IMG/VR virus record: IMGVR_UViG_3300044632_001003
Location: 141,010-205,009 of that record
DNA length: 64,000 nt
Direction: 5' to 3' (one strand)
The notes beneath the pieces were generated by a model. That model had not been told where the DNA came from, did no database searches, and saw only the letters and a list, made by a program, of their open reading frames with translations. Shown here piece after piece: positions 63,384 through 64,000 of this stretch (positions are counted from its first letter, which is position 1; each line of letters starts with the position of its first letter). Position numbers and translations under genes: made by a program.

Positions 63384-63797
63384 TTACTTCTTACGCTTCT
63401 CTAACAATACACTAAAGTTTTTATCTTTTGTTCCCCCATCATAAGCAAGAGCATAACCTTCGTCAATCATTTGATTATTCAATGAGGTCTCTTGTCCATT
63501 AATAAACAAATGCCCGATGATTCTTCCATACTTCTCTGTACTGTCTGGAAGTTCGGTCTTGATAATAATATCTTTAGCACCTTCAAGTTTTTTTTTCAAC
63601 CATTCTTTTGATTCAAGACCCATTGCCTTCTCTTTGAGATCCGTTGTTCTACTTTCGGGAGTATCAACCCCAGCAAGACGAATACGTTTAGTGAGAGATA
63701 TATCAAACCCTAAATCAATATCCGCATCAATCGTATCCCCATCGACTACTTTATGAATCTCACGAATTCTGTAAATATATGGATCTTTATTTTCCAT
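63384..63797 (-). CDS. Staphylococcal nuclease (thermonuclease) family protein
   Basis: VVDGDTID, RIRLAGVDTPE, KYGRIIG, GYA..Y.GG. Confidence 0.9.
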   Translation of the reverse strand: MENKDPYIYRIREIHKVVDGDTIDADIDLGFDISLTKRIRLAGVDTPESRTTDLKEKAMGLESKEWLKKKLEGAKDIIIKTELPDSTEKYGRIIGHLFINGQETSLNNQMIDEGYALAYDGGTKDKNFSVLLEKRKK

Positions 63798-64000
63798 CAG
63801 AAAGGTAACTTGAACTTCTCAGTATTTAGTTTGGGGATAGGAAGTTTCTCAAATGCTTTGCTGACTTGCTTCTCTACAACAGCACCGACGAACTCTTCTG
63901 GGTTGTCCAGAATCTTCTGTGCTTTCTGATAAGTCACATAAGCACCATAGCATAGTGCTCCACTCACCGCCAGACTTGCCGCTGATAAAATAAGTGCTAG
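63797..64000 (-). CDS. Partial membrane-anchored hypothetical protein (start beyond the window)
   Basis: ...LALILSAASLAVSGALCYGAYVTYQKAQK...KFKLPF*; stop overlaps the nuclease ATG. Confidence 0.6.
   Translation of the reverse strand, partial: LALILSAASLAVSGALCYGAYVTYQKAQKILDNPEEFVGAVVEKQVSKAFEKLPIPKLNTEKFKLPF

Overview
This window is a segment of a T4-like cyanophage genome (Kyanoviridae-type cyanomyovirus, probably freshwater), almost entirely on the minus strand. It has five parts. (1) 1-17.5 kb and 23-30.8 kb hold tail-fibre and virion accessory genes: three RCC1-repeat paralogues, two Gly-X-Gln collagen-like fibres, a beta-helix-like fibre and an S8 protease. (2) psbA and psbD flank an EndoVII (F-CphI-like) homing endonuclease, with a PhotoRC-II-like leader on psbA. 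(3) A hli/petF/peroxiredoxin block. (4) A 13-kb glycan operon contains GT11, GT6, two GT25, epimerases and methyltransferases. It also has a compact transaldolase/RpiB-nucleotidyltransferase/PfkB/AraD/cupin/HAD module that looks like an undescribed heptose- or octose-type NDP-sugar pathway. A manA/wcaG-like RNA interrupted by an ORF lies upstream of the operon. (5) A region with ndhP, an ndhQ-like gene, PTOX, gnd, dps, pstS, a porin, 2OG-Fe(II) oxygenases, eight tRNAs, two tRNA-adjacent HNH genes and several unannotated structured RNAs, one with a kink-turn. Regulatory signals are visible directly in the sequence: terminators whose loops hold the -35 box of the next promoter, late-promoter/hairpin switches in front of homing endonucleases, and HLR1 (RpaB)-like and Pho-box-like repeats. 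All family assignments come from motif recognition by eye; no searches were run.
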